64,000 bases of DNA from a virus. The DNA lies in IMG/VR virus record IMGVR_UViG_3300029288_006769, positions 58,367-122,366 of that record. The stretch is one strand, 5' to 3'. Shown in pieces: positions 45,920 to 55,633 of this stretch (positions are counted from its first letter, which is position 1; the number at the start of each line of letters is the position of its first letter). A program made the translations under genes and the position numbers. A model generated the notes under the pieces. The model did not search any database, had not been told where the DNA came from, and was given only the letters and a program-made list of their open reading frames with translations.

Positions 45920-46228
45920 ATGAGTAAAAGGGCAGCAGACCACGAAAGATACTTGGGAGTTATACATAGTATAGCTAGAGCAGAAGAACTTGAAGAAAAA
46001 GATAAAAGGAAAGAATTAAACAAACCCGAAATCAAAAAGACATGCTTTAATTGCGGGAAAAAGAAAAACTGCAGGAAATTCAGTGGAAAACTTACTTATG
46101 ATGGTTCTTATTCAATTGGCGGCGATACACACAGTGAAGCTTGCGATAAATGGGAACAAGTAAAGAATATAGCAAATGACCCTAAAAAAGTCAAATCATT
46201 ATTGAAACAATTTTCGAAGCTTAGATAA
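45920..46228 (+). CDS. Hypothetical Cys-containing protein
   Basis: RBS aggagca. CFNCGKKKNC motif. Confidence 0.4.
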   Translation: MSKRAADHERYLGVIHSIARAEELEEKDKRKELNKPEIKKTCFNCGKKKNCRKFSGKLTYDGSYSIGGDTHSEACDKWEQVKNIANDPKKVKSLLKQFSKLR

Positions 46229-46717
46229 GACATCTTTTGAAGACAACTCTAAAGCCAAAAAATGCTTTACTAAAGTTTGTTTTGGTTTTGAACACGTTTC
46301 TTCTTTAAATTCACTCAAATCTTCAAATCTTGCTATAGTGTTTTTACCCGCATGTCCATACTTAACAAGTAATTCTTTATAAATCTCTATTGCTTCAGAA
46401 ATTTGTTTGCTATCTGTTATAGTCGAAAAACTCCCTCCAACATTTGCATCAAATCTTACATTACCTCCACTTGGAGGATAATAACTCATAAAAAACCAAG
46501 AAATGTTTCCCGATAAGTCTCCACCACGTGCTGAAGCATCAAACCGCCAATCTTTGCTTCCTGTTAACCAACAACTATCATTTGTGATCTGTATGAACCA
46601 AACATGATCTTCATCGTCAAATTTAATATCACAATTTTGTGTATTAGCTTCTCTTTGCATTTTGTGTAGAATAGGTAATACTTCGCCTGCTGGCATTTTT
46701 CGTATATCACACATCAT
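46199..46717 (-). CDS. Hypothetical protein
   Basis: 172-aa ORF. Confidence 0.4.
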   Translation of the reverse strand: MMCDIRKMPAGEVLPILHKMQREANTQNCDIKFDDEDHVWFIQITNDSCWLTGSKDWRFDASARGGDLSGNISWFFMSYYPPSGGNVRFDANVGGSFSTITDSKQISEAIEIYKELLVKYGHAGKNTIARFEDLSEFKEETCSKPKQTLVKHFLALELSSKDVLSKLRKLFQ

Positions 46718-46914
46718 GATCTATCTGCCTCGTATATTTGTTCTATATCGTAAGTTGACTTGTCGAAATACTTAATCACAATTCGTTTCCATAAACGATA
46801 AGGCATTTTTCCACGTCGAACTCCCAAACCATTACATGCACCACATTTTGGAGAATTTTTCGAGTCATAGTATCCAGAACCGCCACATGCGGAGCAGATC
46901 TTGACTCGTTTCAT
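46714..46914 (-). CDS. DnaJ-type CxxCxGxG zinc-finger small protein
   Basis: CSACGGSG...CGACNGLG. Confidence 0.4.
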   Translation of the reverse strand: MKRVKICSACGGSGYYDSKNSPKCGACNGLGVRRGKMPYRLWKRIVIKYFDKSTYDIEQIYEADRS

Positions 46915-47432
46915 TTATTATACCACTCAAAAGTTTTTGCTACTATAAAATCGTTATTGGATAATTCGATTTTAACAGTAACAATTTTGTGGCTTCCATC
47001 TGAAGGAAGGAAATCATTAGTATACCCACTACCCATAAAACTAGTCAAGATTTCATTTTCGACAAATGATTGCCGATACTTTTTTTGCCATTCAAGATCA
47101 AAAACATAATCATATTCTGAACGAGCAAAAGGCCCAACTCGATAAACCGAAGAATCATTTGTCTGAATAGCTACAGGGAGCAAACCATAATAAATATTCC
47201 CATTTAAGAAAGGACATTCGTATTTTGCTGATTGTACGAGCAAATCTTGATCGCGGACGTCAAGTCTCCGTAAAGTGAGAAAAGGGTCAAAATGCCCATA
47301 GAATGTCAATGGAAACATTAACGACTTAACATCATCGAATTCAAAATAACTATGGATCAATCTCCCGTTGTCAAAAATGAAATCACCAATTTCAGGTTGA
47401 AATTTCTCCTGTTGTTGCTTGACCGTTATCAT
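46911..47432 (-). CDS. Hypothetical protein
   Basis: 173-aa ORF. Confidence 0.4.
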   Translation of the reverse strand: MITVKQQQEKFQPEIGDFIFDNGRLIHSYFEFDDVKSLMFPLTFYGHFDPFLTLRRLDVRDQDLLVQSAKYECPFLNGNIYYGLLPVAIQTNDSSVYRVGPFARSEYDYVFDLEWQKKYRQSFVENEILTSFMGSGYTNDFLPSDGSHKIVTVKIELSNNDFIVAKTFEWYNK

Positions 47433-47598
47433 TTTGAATTCCTTTCTCTACATCATTTTTTCTTGCTCGAGCTTCTTGATCAGCTTTTTTCTTTGCTTCT
47501 CTATTTTCTTTGATCATTTTCATCACTTCTTTGATTGATGCGTTTATCTCTCTGTTTTTTGCACCCAATTTCTTCAAGTTACGCACGACTTCAGCCAT
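47392..47598 (-). CDS. Small basic coiled-coil protein
   Basis: 68 aa, K/E-rich. Confidence 0.3.
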   Translation of the reverse strand: MAEVVRNLKKLGAKNREINASIKEVMKMIKENREAKKKADQEARARKNDVEKGIQNDNGQATTGEIST

Positions 47599-47620
47599 TG
47601 AATTTCTCCTATAAAAAGGT

Positions 47621-48301
47621 TCATAAAGGATATGTCCTCTTTATATACTCAATGGCTTGATCTCGAGTAAACAGTTTCTCTTCTAATTGCTGGTCTTGTA
47701 CGTCGTCTAACATAGTTCTAAATGTAGGCCCCTTGAGATAACCCATAGAAATCAAATCGTACCCTGTTACAAGACGGGGAAGCTTGTCGAGCTTCACAGT
47801 CTCTGGAGTAGCTTCAAAATCTTTGAGTTTACTTTTCATAAATTCATAATGCTCAAGTCCACCATGAGATGACATGCAATCAACCCTATGCAGCTCAAGA
47901 TGCTCGTAAAACTTGGGCAAATTCATAAACCGCTTGAGCTTAGAAACTCTCATTTTCTCAGCTACAGGAAATTTCATGTGATGCTCGACCATAGAAACAA
48001 CATGATCTACGAATTCGTTCGAAAACTTGAGTCTTTTGAGAATCTCTTCAGCCATGTATTTCCCCTTAGAATCATGACCACTAAAACGTATTCGATCCTC
48101 AAAAGTTTGAGTTGGCGGCTTACCAACATCATGGAGAAAGACGCCCCATAATAGAGTATCCGAAGCATTTTCAGGAAGTAATCCGAGGGCTTTTATGGTA
48201 TGCTCCCAGACGTCACCAGGATACATTTTGTATTTTGATGTGTCTTGATGATCTGGGTTGTTGATGTCAAAAGTTTCGAAAGGGCCAAGATTTTCATTCA
48301 T
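47621..48301 (-). CDS. CCA-adding enzyme C-terminal (neck/body) fragment
   Basis: YPGDVWEHT is the conserved neck motif. FLHDVGKPPT...FSGHDSKG...RLKF.N matches the CCA/tRNA-NT C-terminal region. It resumes exactly where the head ORF stops. Confidence 0.6.
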   Translation of the reverse strand: MNENLGPFETFDINNPDHQDTSKYKMYPGDVWEHTIKALGLLPENASDTLLWGVFLHDVGKPPTQTFEDRIRFSGHDSKGKYMAEEILKRLKFSNEFVDHVVSMVEHHMKFPVAEKMRVSKLKRFMNLPKFYEHLELHRVDCMSSHGGLEHYEFMKSKLKDFEATPETVKLDKLPRLVTGYDLISMGYLKGPTFRTMLDDVQDQQLEEKLFTRDQAIEYIKRTYPL

Positions 48302-49014
48302 TTAAGATATTCATTTCTAATTGAATCATATTCTACATAGTCTGAAATTAGAAAACAATCAACACTAAAACCTATGTATTTAGGTGTTAGAGTAAATTTA
48401 ACTAATTGTTTTTCATAATCTAAGTTTTCATGTAAATAAACATTAGAACTTATTTGGGCATTTCTATTAATAAAGGTATCAACAATTTCATGACTTGAAT
48501 ATTTTAGTATGATATATTCAAGATCAATAACGGGTAGAATACCTATTTCTGGTAGACAACCAATTCCCGGTGTTTTAATTGGAACAGTAACACTATGTGC
48601 TGCTGCAAGTTTTCTTCTATCTAACAAGAATGGTTTAGATTTTCTATCTTTAATTGTGTCTAAAATACTATCAACAATAAAACCATTAATTGTAATGTAT
48701 GTTTTAATTAAATCACAAGTTATTAATAATCGTTGACAATTTATATCATTGACGAAATAATAAGAAACATGGTTGTAAATTTTAATAGTATCAAAAGTCT
48801 TATTAGAATCTTGACAATAAAAACCTAATGCTTCTAAATAGTACTTTGTTTGCGTTACTTCATCAAGTTTATTGTTCCAACATGTATCTTGTATTTCTTT
48901 TAAACGATCATTATCAAATTCTTGTTCTTTTTCTTTTTCAATAGTATTGACAGGACGAATACAATTAAAAATGACAAAACAGATTATTAACAGATATTTA
49001 AAAAGTCTAAACAT
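48298..49014 (-). CDS. Hypothetical secreted protein within the CCA-gene insertion
   Basis: Signal peptide. Very AT-rich. Confidence 0.35.
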   Translation of the reverse strand: MFRLFKYLLIICFVIFNCIRPVNTIEKEKEQEFDNDRLKEIQDTCWNNKLDEVTQTKYYLEALGFYCQDSNKTFDTIKIYNHVSYYFVNDINCQRLLITCDLIKTYITINGFIVDSILDTIKDRKSKPFLLDRRKLAAAHSVTVPIKTPGIGCLPEIGILPVIDLEYIILKYSSHEIVDTFINRNAQISSNVYLHENLDYEKQLVKFTLTPKYIGFSVDCFLISDYVEYDSIRNEYLK

Positions 49015-50000
49015 TTTTGAATTTCCCTTTCTTGATTGTTTTTATAATCATGTTCCCAAATAATTAACCCTTCAAACCCTTTACTTATTGCTATATCGTG
49101 TTTTGTTTTATCAAACTGCCATATTTGTTCAGCAGTTAATTGGGTATAAGGGTTCGGTTTATCTGTTTCGCAATAAAATAATGGGTTTGCGTGAAACTTG
49201 TCTCCATGGAACTCAATAAACTTCTTTCTAGTGATATTGACAAAATCAAAATTACAATGTGAAAGAAAACAACTGTGTTCATGATTTAATTCAGCAAAAT
49301 AGATTTTTTCGTTTGTCGGAAAATTCAACTTATTATAAATTTTCCAACAAAATTCTTGAGAAATTTTAGAATAATTCTTTTTATTCTCTTGTTTGTTATA
49401 AATTCTAAAATATGAAATTCTCGATATATTTTCTGAACGTTCTTTATGTTTTTGTTTTCCAATTTCTACACCAAATTTTTTTATAAACCAATCAAGAGTA
49501 AAAACTCCCTTAACAGACTCTGAAATTCTGTTTCTCTCTTCTTGAGTTCTCTTCCTGTGCGACTGAGTTTGGAATCTTTTTGAATTTTTTAAACCCAACA
49601 CAATCTTCGCTTTTGTTTCCTCTGATGTTGCTTTTCTTGAATAAGTTTTTCCTGTTGCAGCATTTGAAAGATTTTCTCTAAATTTTTTATATTTTTTTGC
49701 TCCTACGTCTAGCCCATAAACTTTTATAAAGCTTTTTAGACTTACTTTGTCGCCTCCAACTTTTCCAGCTCTACCATTGAATTTTGAAGAACAAGAATTT
49801 GAGCAAAATTTTCCATTAAGAGAAGTTGTTTGATATGTTTTTTTACATTCTTTACAGATTTTTTCAAAAACTTGTATGTTTTTAAATTTGGGATGCTCTA
49901 AGTGCCAATATTCAAAACACTCATTAGAGCAATAAAGACTGCGAGTACCAGTTTTTAAAAAAGGTTTTTCGCAATATCGGCAAAGAATTTCTTTAAACAT
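48987..50000 (-). CDS. Homing-endonuclease-like protein: Zn fingers + NUMOD-like repeats + Vsr/PD-(D/E)XK-like nuclease
   Basis: N-terminal Cys clusters. SEETKAKI / TQEERNRIS NUMOD3-like repeats. C-terminal EFHGDKFH...ISKGFEGLIIWEHD fits the Vsr-like E.DG..WH...GW.V.R.WE pattern. Confidence 0.5.
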   Translation of the reverse strand: MFKEILCRYCEKPFLKTGTRSLYCSNECFEYWHLEHPKFKNIQVFEKICKECKKTYQTTSLNGKFCSNSCSSKFNGRAGKVGGDKVSLKSFIKVYGLDVGAKKYKKFRENLSNAATGKTYSRKATSEETKAKIVLGLKNSKRFQTQSHRKRTQEERNRISESVKGVFTLDWFIKKFGVEIGKQKHKERSENISRISYFRIYNKQENKKNYSKISQEFCWKIYNKLNFPTNEKIYFAELNHEHSCFLSHCNFDFVNITRKKFIEFHGDKFHANPLFYCETDKPNPYTQLTAEQIWQFDKTKHDIAISKGFEGLIIWEHDYKNNQEREIQKCLDFLNIC

Positions 50001-50051
50001 AGCATTTCCTTTTTAAAGAGAAATGCTATAAAGGCAATGCTAAAGAGCATA

Positions 50052-50804
50052 CTATTCTTGCATTATCTTTCTGACTCTTGCACCCTCAGGGTGAAACTGT
50101 GGCGGTTGTTCACATCCAACCATTGCTGTAACTTCAGGTAAAATCTCTGAAAGCAAACCTGTACTAAGAAGCAACTCAAGAGCTCTTCTTTTGTCTTTTA
50201 CCCTGAGAATTTTTGTCGTTTCGTCAGCAATACGTTCTGCTGAAACAGAAACAATTTCATTTGCACGTTGGCATACAGCAAGATATGTATTGGGTTCGAT
50301 TTCAAAACCCAGCCGAGCAGCAAACCGAATAACGCGCATAAGACGCAGTTTATCTTCTTTTATCCTGTCATCAGGGTTTCCTATGAGCCGTATTATCTTT
50401 TGCTTTAAATCAGTCTGACCACCCACGACATCAATAATTTTGTCAGTTAAGGGGTCATAAAACATACCATTGATCGTGAGGTCTCGTCGCCTTGCGTCTT
50501 CCTCTAAAGAAGCGAATTCTATCGAGTCAGGGCGCCGTCCATCTGAATAAACTCCATCGGACCGAAAAGTTGCAACTTCAAATTCTTCTCCATCAACAAT
50601 AACAACAATGACACCAAAAGCTTTTCCGACAGCTACAGTTTTGGGAAACAGAGCTTCTATTTCATTTGGCCTTGCATTAGTGGCTATATCAATGTCATTT
50701 GGCTCAAGACCAAGAAGATAATCCCTTACACACCCACCTGCATAAAGAGCTTGGTAGCCTTGTTCAGATAAAATCTTAATTATTGAAAGAGCTTTAGAAT
50801 TCAT
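50052..50804 (-). CDS. CCA-adding enzyme (class II tRNA nucleotidyltransferase) head-domain fragment
   Basis: GGCVRDYLLG, DIDIAT, RRDLTING and EDKLRLMRVIRFAARLGF are canonical. The ORF ends ...FHPEG + 9 aa, inside the conserved HPEGDVWEHT motif. Confidence 0.8.
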   Translation of the reverse strand: MNSKALSIIKILSEQGYQALYAGGCVRDYLLGLEPNDIDIATNARPNEIEALFPKTVAVGKAFGVIVVIVDGEEFEVATFRSDGVYSDGRRPDSIEFASLEEDARRRDLTINGMFYDPLTDKIIDVVGGQTDLKQKIIRLIGNPDDRIKEDKLRLMRVIRFAARLGFEIEPNTYLAVCQRANEIVSVSAERIADETTKILRVKDKRRALELLLSTGLLSEILPEVTAMVGCEQPPQFHPEGARVRKIMQE

Positions 50805-50914
50805 GTTTTCTTTCTAATTCGTGATTTGACATAAACGGAATAATGCAAATGCTATAAGCACACCTAAACCAAGCAACACAGAAGAAATTAAAAATATCAG
50901 AACAACTGGGTGTT

Positions 50915-51259
50915 TCAACTGTATGCCTCCAAAACGAGTTGATAAAGAATCACTTCGTTCTTTTTGGCTTTGTATATTGCTTCGACTAAAGCACTGGTTT
51001 CTGTGACGTCTATTATTTCTCTATTACCAAAAGAAAGATACTTTATTGTCGAAGGTTCATCAGAATCATGATCAGTCCAAATGCAAGTCTGAAGGCCATC
51101 AACATAATGATGCAATTCTACTATAAGAGCTTCAAGTTTGACTTCATGAAGAAAAACATCGCTGAAACCCGATCCTTCAGAAAGTTCTGCAGAAAGAATG
51201 CTTGCATGGTTTGTGTTTAACTTCACATGCTTCAGTTCTTTATCGTTTGTGATAATCAT
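50915..51259 (-). CDS. Hypothetical protein
   Basis: 114-aa ORF. Confidence 0.35.
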   Translation of the reverse strand: MIITNDKELKHVKLNTNHASILSAELSEGSGFSDVFLHEVKLEALIVELHHYVDGLQTCIWTDHDSDEPSTIKYLSFGNREIIDVTETSALVEAIYKAKKNEVILYQLVLEAYS

Positions 51260-51269
51260 TTGTTTTCTC

Positions 51270-51524
51270 CTACTTTATTGTACTCAATTCTTTATTTAGC
51301 TCTTTATGAGCTAAAGGTACGACCCTTTTTATTCCTGCCATGACTAAAGCGACTCTAGATCGTATGAATGATGAATTAACTGAAACTCCAGTAAATGTTC
51401 GTTTATCAAGCAAATATGACATAGGGATTGCATAATTAGAAGCCCTCCAGTCAGGGTTTGCTTTTTCAACTTCTTTATAAAGCCTTTTGACAAAAGCTTT
51501 CAACTTTTCAGGTTTGTCATCCAT
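51270..51524 (-). CDS. Hypothetical protein
   Basis: 84-aa ORF. Confidence 0.3.
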   Translation of the reverse strand: MDDKPEKLKAFVKRLYKEVEKANPDWRASNYAIPMSYLLDKRTFTGVSVNSSFIRSRVALVMAGIKRVVPLAHKELNKELSTIK

Positions 51525-51561
51525 TAGATCGTTATTTCGATAGAAAAGAAGTTATCTGCCA

Positions 51562-52425
51562 TTAACCCAGAAATGTTTTTACAACATTAATACATAATTC
51601 ATGAATTGCTTCACGGTTAGGCGATTTGGGTAAAGTAGAAGTTTTATAAATATCAGCAAGAACAACATCTTGTTCTTTTGCATATTCTTCAACTTTTTCA
51701 AAAGGCCAACCACCATTTCTAATAAATTTAAGTTCCTCAACATCTATATTGGTTCTGTCAACATGTAAAGTACTTTCAAGTAATCCTTCTTTACCCATTC
51801 GAAGCAGTCTTACAAGATGCATTGCATGCTTGGTGTCATAGCCAAACTTTGCTTCTAAGTCAGCTCTTTTGACATTACGTGTCTTTTGCCAGTTTAAGTA
51901 TTGTTTCCATTCTGACATTGCATTATGAAAATTGAGTTCTCGTCGTGCTTGCTCTACATATTCATCTTTGATATACTGAGAACCCAATGAAGTAAAAGCA
52001 TGACATTGCGATTTCAAACCTGCTTGCAACCATTCCATTGCAAAAGTTCGTTCTTCAGGTATAATAAAGCGTGTAAGCAAAGGAACAATATAATCACCAT
52101 AAATTCTGTCGAGTTCAGCAACAAACGACTCTCTTTCCGATTCAATAATAAGTTCAAGAGCTGCTTGACAAACAGCTTTGATTTGTGATGTAGGGAACAT
52201 GGGTGTATCAGGCAAATCAAAATCAACCCGTTTAGGTTCTGCTTTTAGAGGGTTCAAAAGAAATTTTCTATGTGTTTTGATTCTATCAAGTTGAGCAATT
52301 GCATAACCAGAAAACGTGTAGCGCATTCTTTTTGATAAGAAAAGCGTTCTATTTTCAAGAATTTTTTCCCAGACAGAATGCATTTGAACAATACAACACT
52401 CCGGTGTAAAGAGCAAATCAAGCAT
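51562..52425 (-). CDS. Hypothetical protein, possible C-terminal part of a Pol-beta-superfamily nucleotidyltransferase
   Basis: 287 aa. Lies 26 nt downstream of a 78-aa ORF carrying the NTase GS...DxD motif. Confidence 0.4.
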   Translation of the reverse strand: MLDLLFTPECCIVQMHSVWEKILENRTLFLSKRMRYTFSGYAIAQLDRIKTHRKFLLNPLKAEPKRVDFDLPDTPMFPTSQIKAVCQAALELIIESERESFVAELDRIYGDYIVPLLTRFIIPEERTFAMEWLQAGLKSQCHAFTSLGSQYIKDEYVEQARRELNFHNAMSEWKQYLNWQKTRNVKRADLEAKFGYDTKHAMHLVRLLRMGKEGLLESTLHVDRTNIDVEELKFIRNGGWPFEKVEEYAKEQDVVLADIYKTSTLPKSPNREAIHELCINVVKTFLG

Positions 52426-52451
52426 GTTTGGGTTATTGTCAGCAACAAGTG

Positions 52452-52688
52452 TTAATGCTTTTCTGATTTCATAAATAGTTTTGTCAAGTTCTGTATATCC
52501 TTGAAATTGTTCAACTCTTTTTTGCCCAAGAAAATATTCGTATATCCAGGGATCATGACGCCTGCATAATCTGTGTCCGAAAACTCGTTATGGGTCCCAT
52601 AAGCTTGAGACCCAACAACACATTCAAAAATCGTATGAGCTTCTACATATTCAGGTGTCATTTTCTTCCTCGTCTTGAAGTTCAGCAA
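52452..52688 (-). CDS. Nucleotidyltransferase-motif N-terminal fragment
   Basis: VVGSQAYGTHNEFSDTDYAGV matches hG[GS]x9-13Dh[DE]h of Pol-beta NTases. Too short to be a whole enzyme. Confidence 0.35.
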   Translation of the reverse strand: MLNFKTRKKMTPEYVEAHTIFECVVGSQAYGTHNEFSDTDYAGVMIPGYTNIFLGKKELNNFKDIQNLTKLFMKSEKH

Positions 52689-53148
52689 TTATTCTGTTTA
52701 TATTGTCCATCAATGTTTTTTTGTAAGAGTCGCTTGCATCATGATCTAATAAAGAAGTAATTGTTTTTAACTCGTCATATTTTTCAAGTTTTTTCTGTAA
52801 CTTGTGTTTTTTTTCAGGGTCATGAGTTTTTTCCATCAAACCTATTAGAATTTCGCGTTGTTTATTATAATTTTCGTGTGAAAATTTTTCAACAATTTCA
52901 GACATTTTTTCGTGATCATCAGGATAATCCATGACATCAATTTCGCTCAATTTAAAATACAAAGACTTTGCTGCAGGATTACACATTGCTGAAGCTATCA
53001 AATCAAGAAGATTTTGTTGTTTTTTAAGCATTCTAGTAAAATAGAAAAGTTGAAAATCCAAATTTTCTATCTGTTTTTTTTGATAGAAAATTATGATTAC
53101 AACAAGAATAAGCGCGACACTAATTGAAATACGTTCTAAAAGATTCAT
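52651..53148 (-). CDS. Membrane-anchored coiled-coil protein
   Basis: N-terminal TM helix, K/E-rich remainder. Confidence 0.35.
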   Translation of the reverse strand: MNLLERISISVALILVVIIIFYQKKQIENLDFQLFYFTRMLKKQQNLLDLIASAMCNPAAKSLYFKLSEIDVMDYPDDHEKMSEIVEKFSHENYNKQREILIGLMEKTHDPEKKHKLQKKLEKYDELKTITSLLDHDASDSYKKTLMDNINRIIAELQDEEENDT

Positions 53149-55109
53149 TTTAACATCCTGAAAAAATCATCCTCGCTCAAAATTGTAATACCAAGTTGTC
53201 TTGCTTTTTGAGCTTTACTGCTCGTCGAACTTGGATCAACCATAACAAGATAAGTCAAACCTTTGCTGACGGAATCTTCCGCAGTCCCTCCATTTGCTTT
53301 GACTAAAGCCAACATGTCATCTCTGACATATCGTTTTCCATCCGGCTTGACTGCTTGAATTGCTCCCGTAAAACAGAAACTCATTCCTGCAAATTTATTT
53401 GAATCAACTTTTATTTTTTCAGGCTCCTTTATAGTAATACCAACATCAAACAAATTTTTCATGAATGTTGCTTTAGCAGCCAGACCAACTTTAATTTGGG
53501 ATGCTGTTTTAGCACCTATACCTTTTATCTGGACTAGAGCTTCTTCTGTTGCTCCAAACATTTTTACAATATCATAACCAGCAGCCAGTAACGTTTGTGC
53601 TGTTTCTTTGGAGAAATTAGGCATATTGAGTCCAGCTATAAACTCGGGTAAAGTTATTGCCATTTTTGCTCTCAAATTCGTTACGATTTTCGTAGCTGAA
53701 CGTTCACCTAAACGCTCAAGACCCGCAACTTGGTTGACTGTGAGTTTATAAAAATCAGCAGGTTCTTTCACAAGGCCATTTTCGTAGAGCATCTGAATAA
53801 TTTTGGGACCAAGCCCGTCAATGTCAAGAACTTGAACCCAACGTTCAAGGTTTCCAGTTCCGAGCCCTGAGCAGGCATCATTGGTGCACATGAGAAATTT
53901 GCCCTGAATTTCAGCTCTACCACCACATTCAGGACAAACAAGTGGAACTTCAAAATCCTCTGTACCACCACCATGATTTTCAAGGAGATATGGAATTACA
54001 TCATTTGCACGTTCAATAAGAACAGTGCAACCTTTTTTGAACTTGAAAGTTTTGAACATTTCGACATTGTGCAAGCTGCAACGACGTACAGTTACGCCAC
54101 CCATGGGAGTAAGTTCAAGAATTGCAATGGGAGTAATTCTCCGACTGTTCCCTATATGCCACAGAACATCTTTGAGAATTGTTTCTTTTTGCATGGGCTT
54201 GAATTTCCAAGCGATTTTTGCTTTGGGATTGCCACCCAGCATACCATGCTTTTGTTGGATAGAAACATTGTTTGCTCGTATTACGAGCCCGTCAATATCA
54301 TAGGGTAATGTCGCTCGAATTTTCGACTCATATTCATTAAAAACTTGAATTGCTTCTGCAATAGAAACTTTTTTCCAGAAACATGTTTTGAGCCCGAATC
54401 GCTCAATTGTCTGGAGCTTTTCTTCTTCTGTATTAAAAGTTATTCCTGCAATGTCATAGTAATAAATTGACAGAAATTCGACGTTTTCGCCAGTAAGAGT
54501 TTTCTGCAGACCTGTTGCTGTGTTCCTGGGATTTTTATAGTCTCTACCGCTTTTTACAAGCAGTTTCTCAAAATCTTCTCTCAAGATAAAAACTTCTCCG
54601 TAAATATTTCCAGTGAATCCAGGAATTGTTGCTCGAACATTTTGCATCTTCAAAACGTTTTGCAACATATCTTCACCTTCAACACCATTTCCTCGAGATA
54701 TTGCTTGAATCAGATTACCATTGTCATAAACAAGATCGATTGAACCTCCATCCATTTTATCGAAAATGACATAGGAAGAATCACCAATTTCTCTCGTCCA
54801 AGCTTCAAATTCTGCTTGAGAATTGACTTTGTTGAGAGAAGTCATCTGTATGCGATGACTTGCCTTTTTCCATTCTGAAGCTGCAACTACTGGCGCCCCT
54901 ATTTGATTAAGGTAGACTTCAACATCTTCAACCAATTTGGGATCAATGGATTTTTTTGGAAAAAGAATACGGTTATAAAGCGTTGTCAGTCGGTCTTTCT
55001 TTTGGTCATATTCAGCGTCAGTGATAATCGATTCACCTTCATTGTAATAAGAGTCTGATGCTTTCTGCAATAACACCAAAATTTCTTTTGCTTCATTAAA
55101 TAATCTCAT
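53145..55109 (-). CDS. ligA: NAD-dependent DNA ligase
   Basis: N-terminal Ia-domain pattern (SYYNEGESIITDAEYD). Adenylation motif KMDG. Zn finger CPECGG...C..DAC. HhH and C-terminal BRCT-like segments. 654 aa. Confidence 0.9.
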   Translation of the reverse strand: MRLFNEAKEILVLLQKASDSYYNEGESIITDAEYDQKKDRLTTLYNRILFPKKSIDPKLVEDVEVYLNQIGAPVVAASEWKKASHRIQMTSLNKVNSQAEFEAWTREIGDSSYVIFDKMDGGSIDLVYDNGNLIQAISRGNGVEGEDMLQNVLKMQNVRATIPGFTGNIYGEVFILREDFEKLLVKSGRDYKNPRNTATGLQKTLTGENVEFLSIYYYDIAGITFNTEEEKLQTIERFGLKTCFWKKVSIAEAIQVFNEYESKIRATLPYDIDGLVIRANNVSIQQKHGMLGGNPKAKIAWKFKPMQKETILKDVLWHIGNSRRITPIAILELTPMGGVTVRRCSLHNVEMFKTFKFKKGCTVLIERANDVIPYLLENHGGGTEDFEVPLVCPECGGRAEIQGKFLMCTNDACSGLGTGNLERWVQVLDIDGLGPKIIQMLYENGLVKEPADFYKLTVNQVAGLERLGERSATKIVTNLRAKMAITLPEFIAGLNMPNFSKETAQTLLAAGYDIVKMFGATEEALVQIKGIGAKTASQIKVGLAAKATFMKNLFDVGITIKEPEKIKVDSNKFAGMSFCFTGAIQAVKPDGKRYVRDDMLALVKANGGTAEDSVSKGLTYLVMVDPSSTSSKAQKARQLGITILSEDDFFRMLK

Positions 55110-55239
55110 AATTAGTTATCTCCTGTTCTTCTATTATATCTAAAGCACGCATAAAAACAACCAAATAAAACATAATATGCCCCGAGAACCTCAGGGCACA
55201 TTATAGGTATTAATAAATGTGTAATTTAATTAATATAAT

Positions 55240-55530
55240 CTAATCTGCATTTTCAAAACAAGGGCAGGAATCTCGTAAACAGTCATAACATGTACTTACT
55301 TTTTTGCAGGTTTTACAAAGCGAGGTTTCCCAAGCGTTTTTAAAGTCACTTGCATGAACATCAACCCATTGTAAAAAATATTGTTCACTTGGTTTGCCAT
55401 TATAATCATAGCGTAGATTAAAATTCTCTTTTTCACTTGCTAAATAGACTGATTTGTCTATTGCATGAATTTGTGCAGTAAGAAATTTATCAAGATCTTG
55501 CATATTGCACCCGCTAATGCTCTTATACAC
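55240..55530 (-). CDS. Small Cys-rich protein
   Basis: CKTCKK...CYDCLRDSCPC. Confidence 0.3.
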   Translation of the reverse strand: MYKSISGCNMQDLDKFLTAQIHAIDKSVYLASEKENFNLRYDYNGKPSEQYFLQWVDVHASDFKNAWETSLCKTCKKVSTCYDCLRDSCPCFENAD

Positions 55531-55633
55531 AAACTCCTGTTTTAATCTTAATTTTATACGTTTTTAATCAAAACTTAATTTTTATATGCTTTATTTTCTC
55601 GTATAAAAACTTTGCAAAAAAATGTCTTAAACT

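Noticed and set aside
48213-50082. Group I intron as the explanation for the CCA-gene interruption
   Set aside because: Not rejected outright, but not supported by hand. Exon 1 ends in U, yet no in-frame 3' junction places a terminal G before exon 2, and I could not identify P/Q/R/S elements by eye. Kept as an alternative within the split-gene finding.
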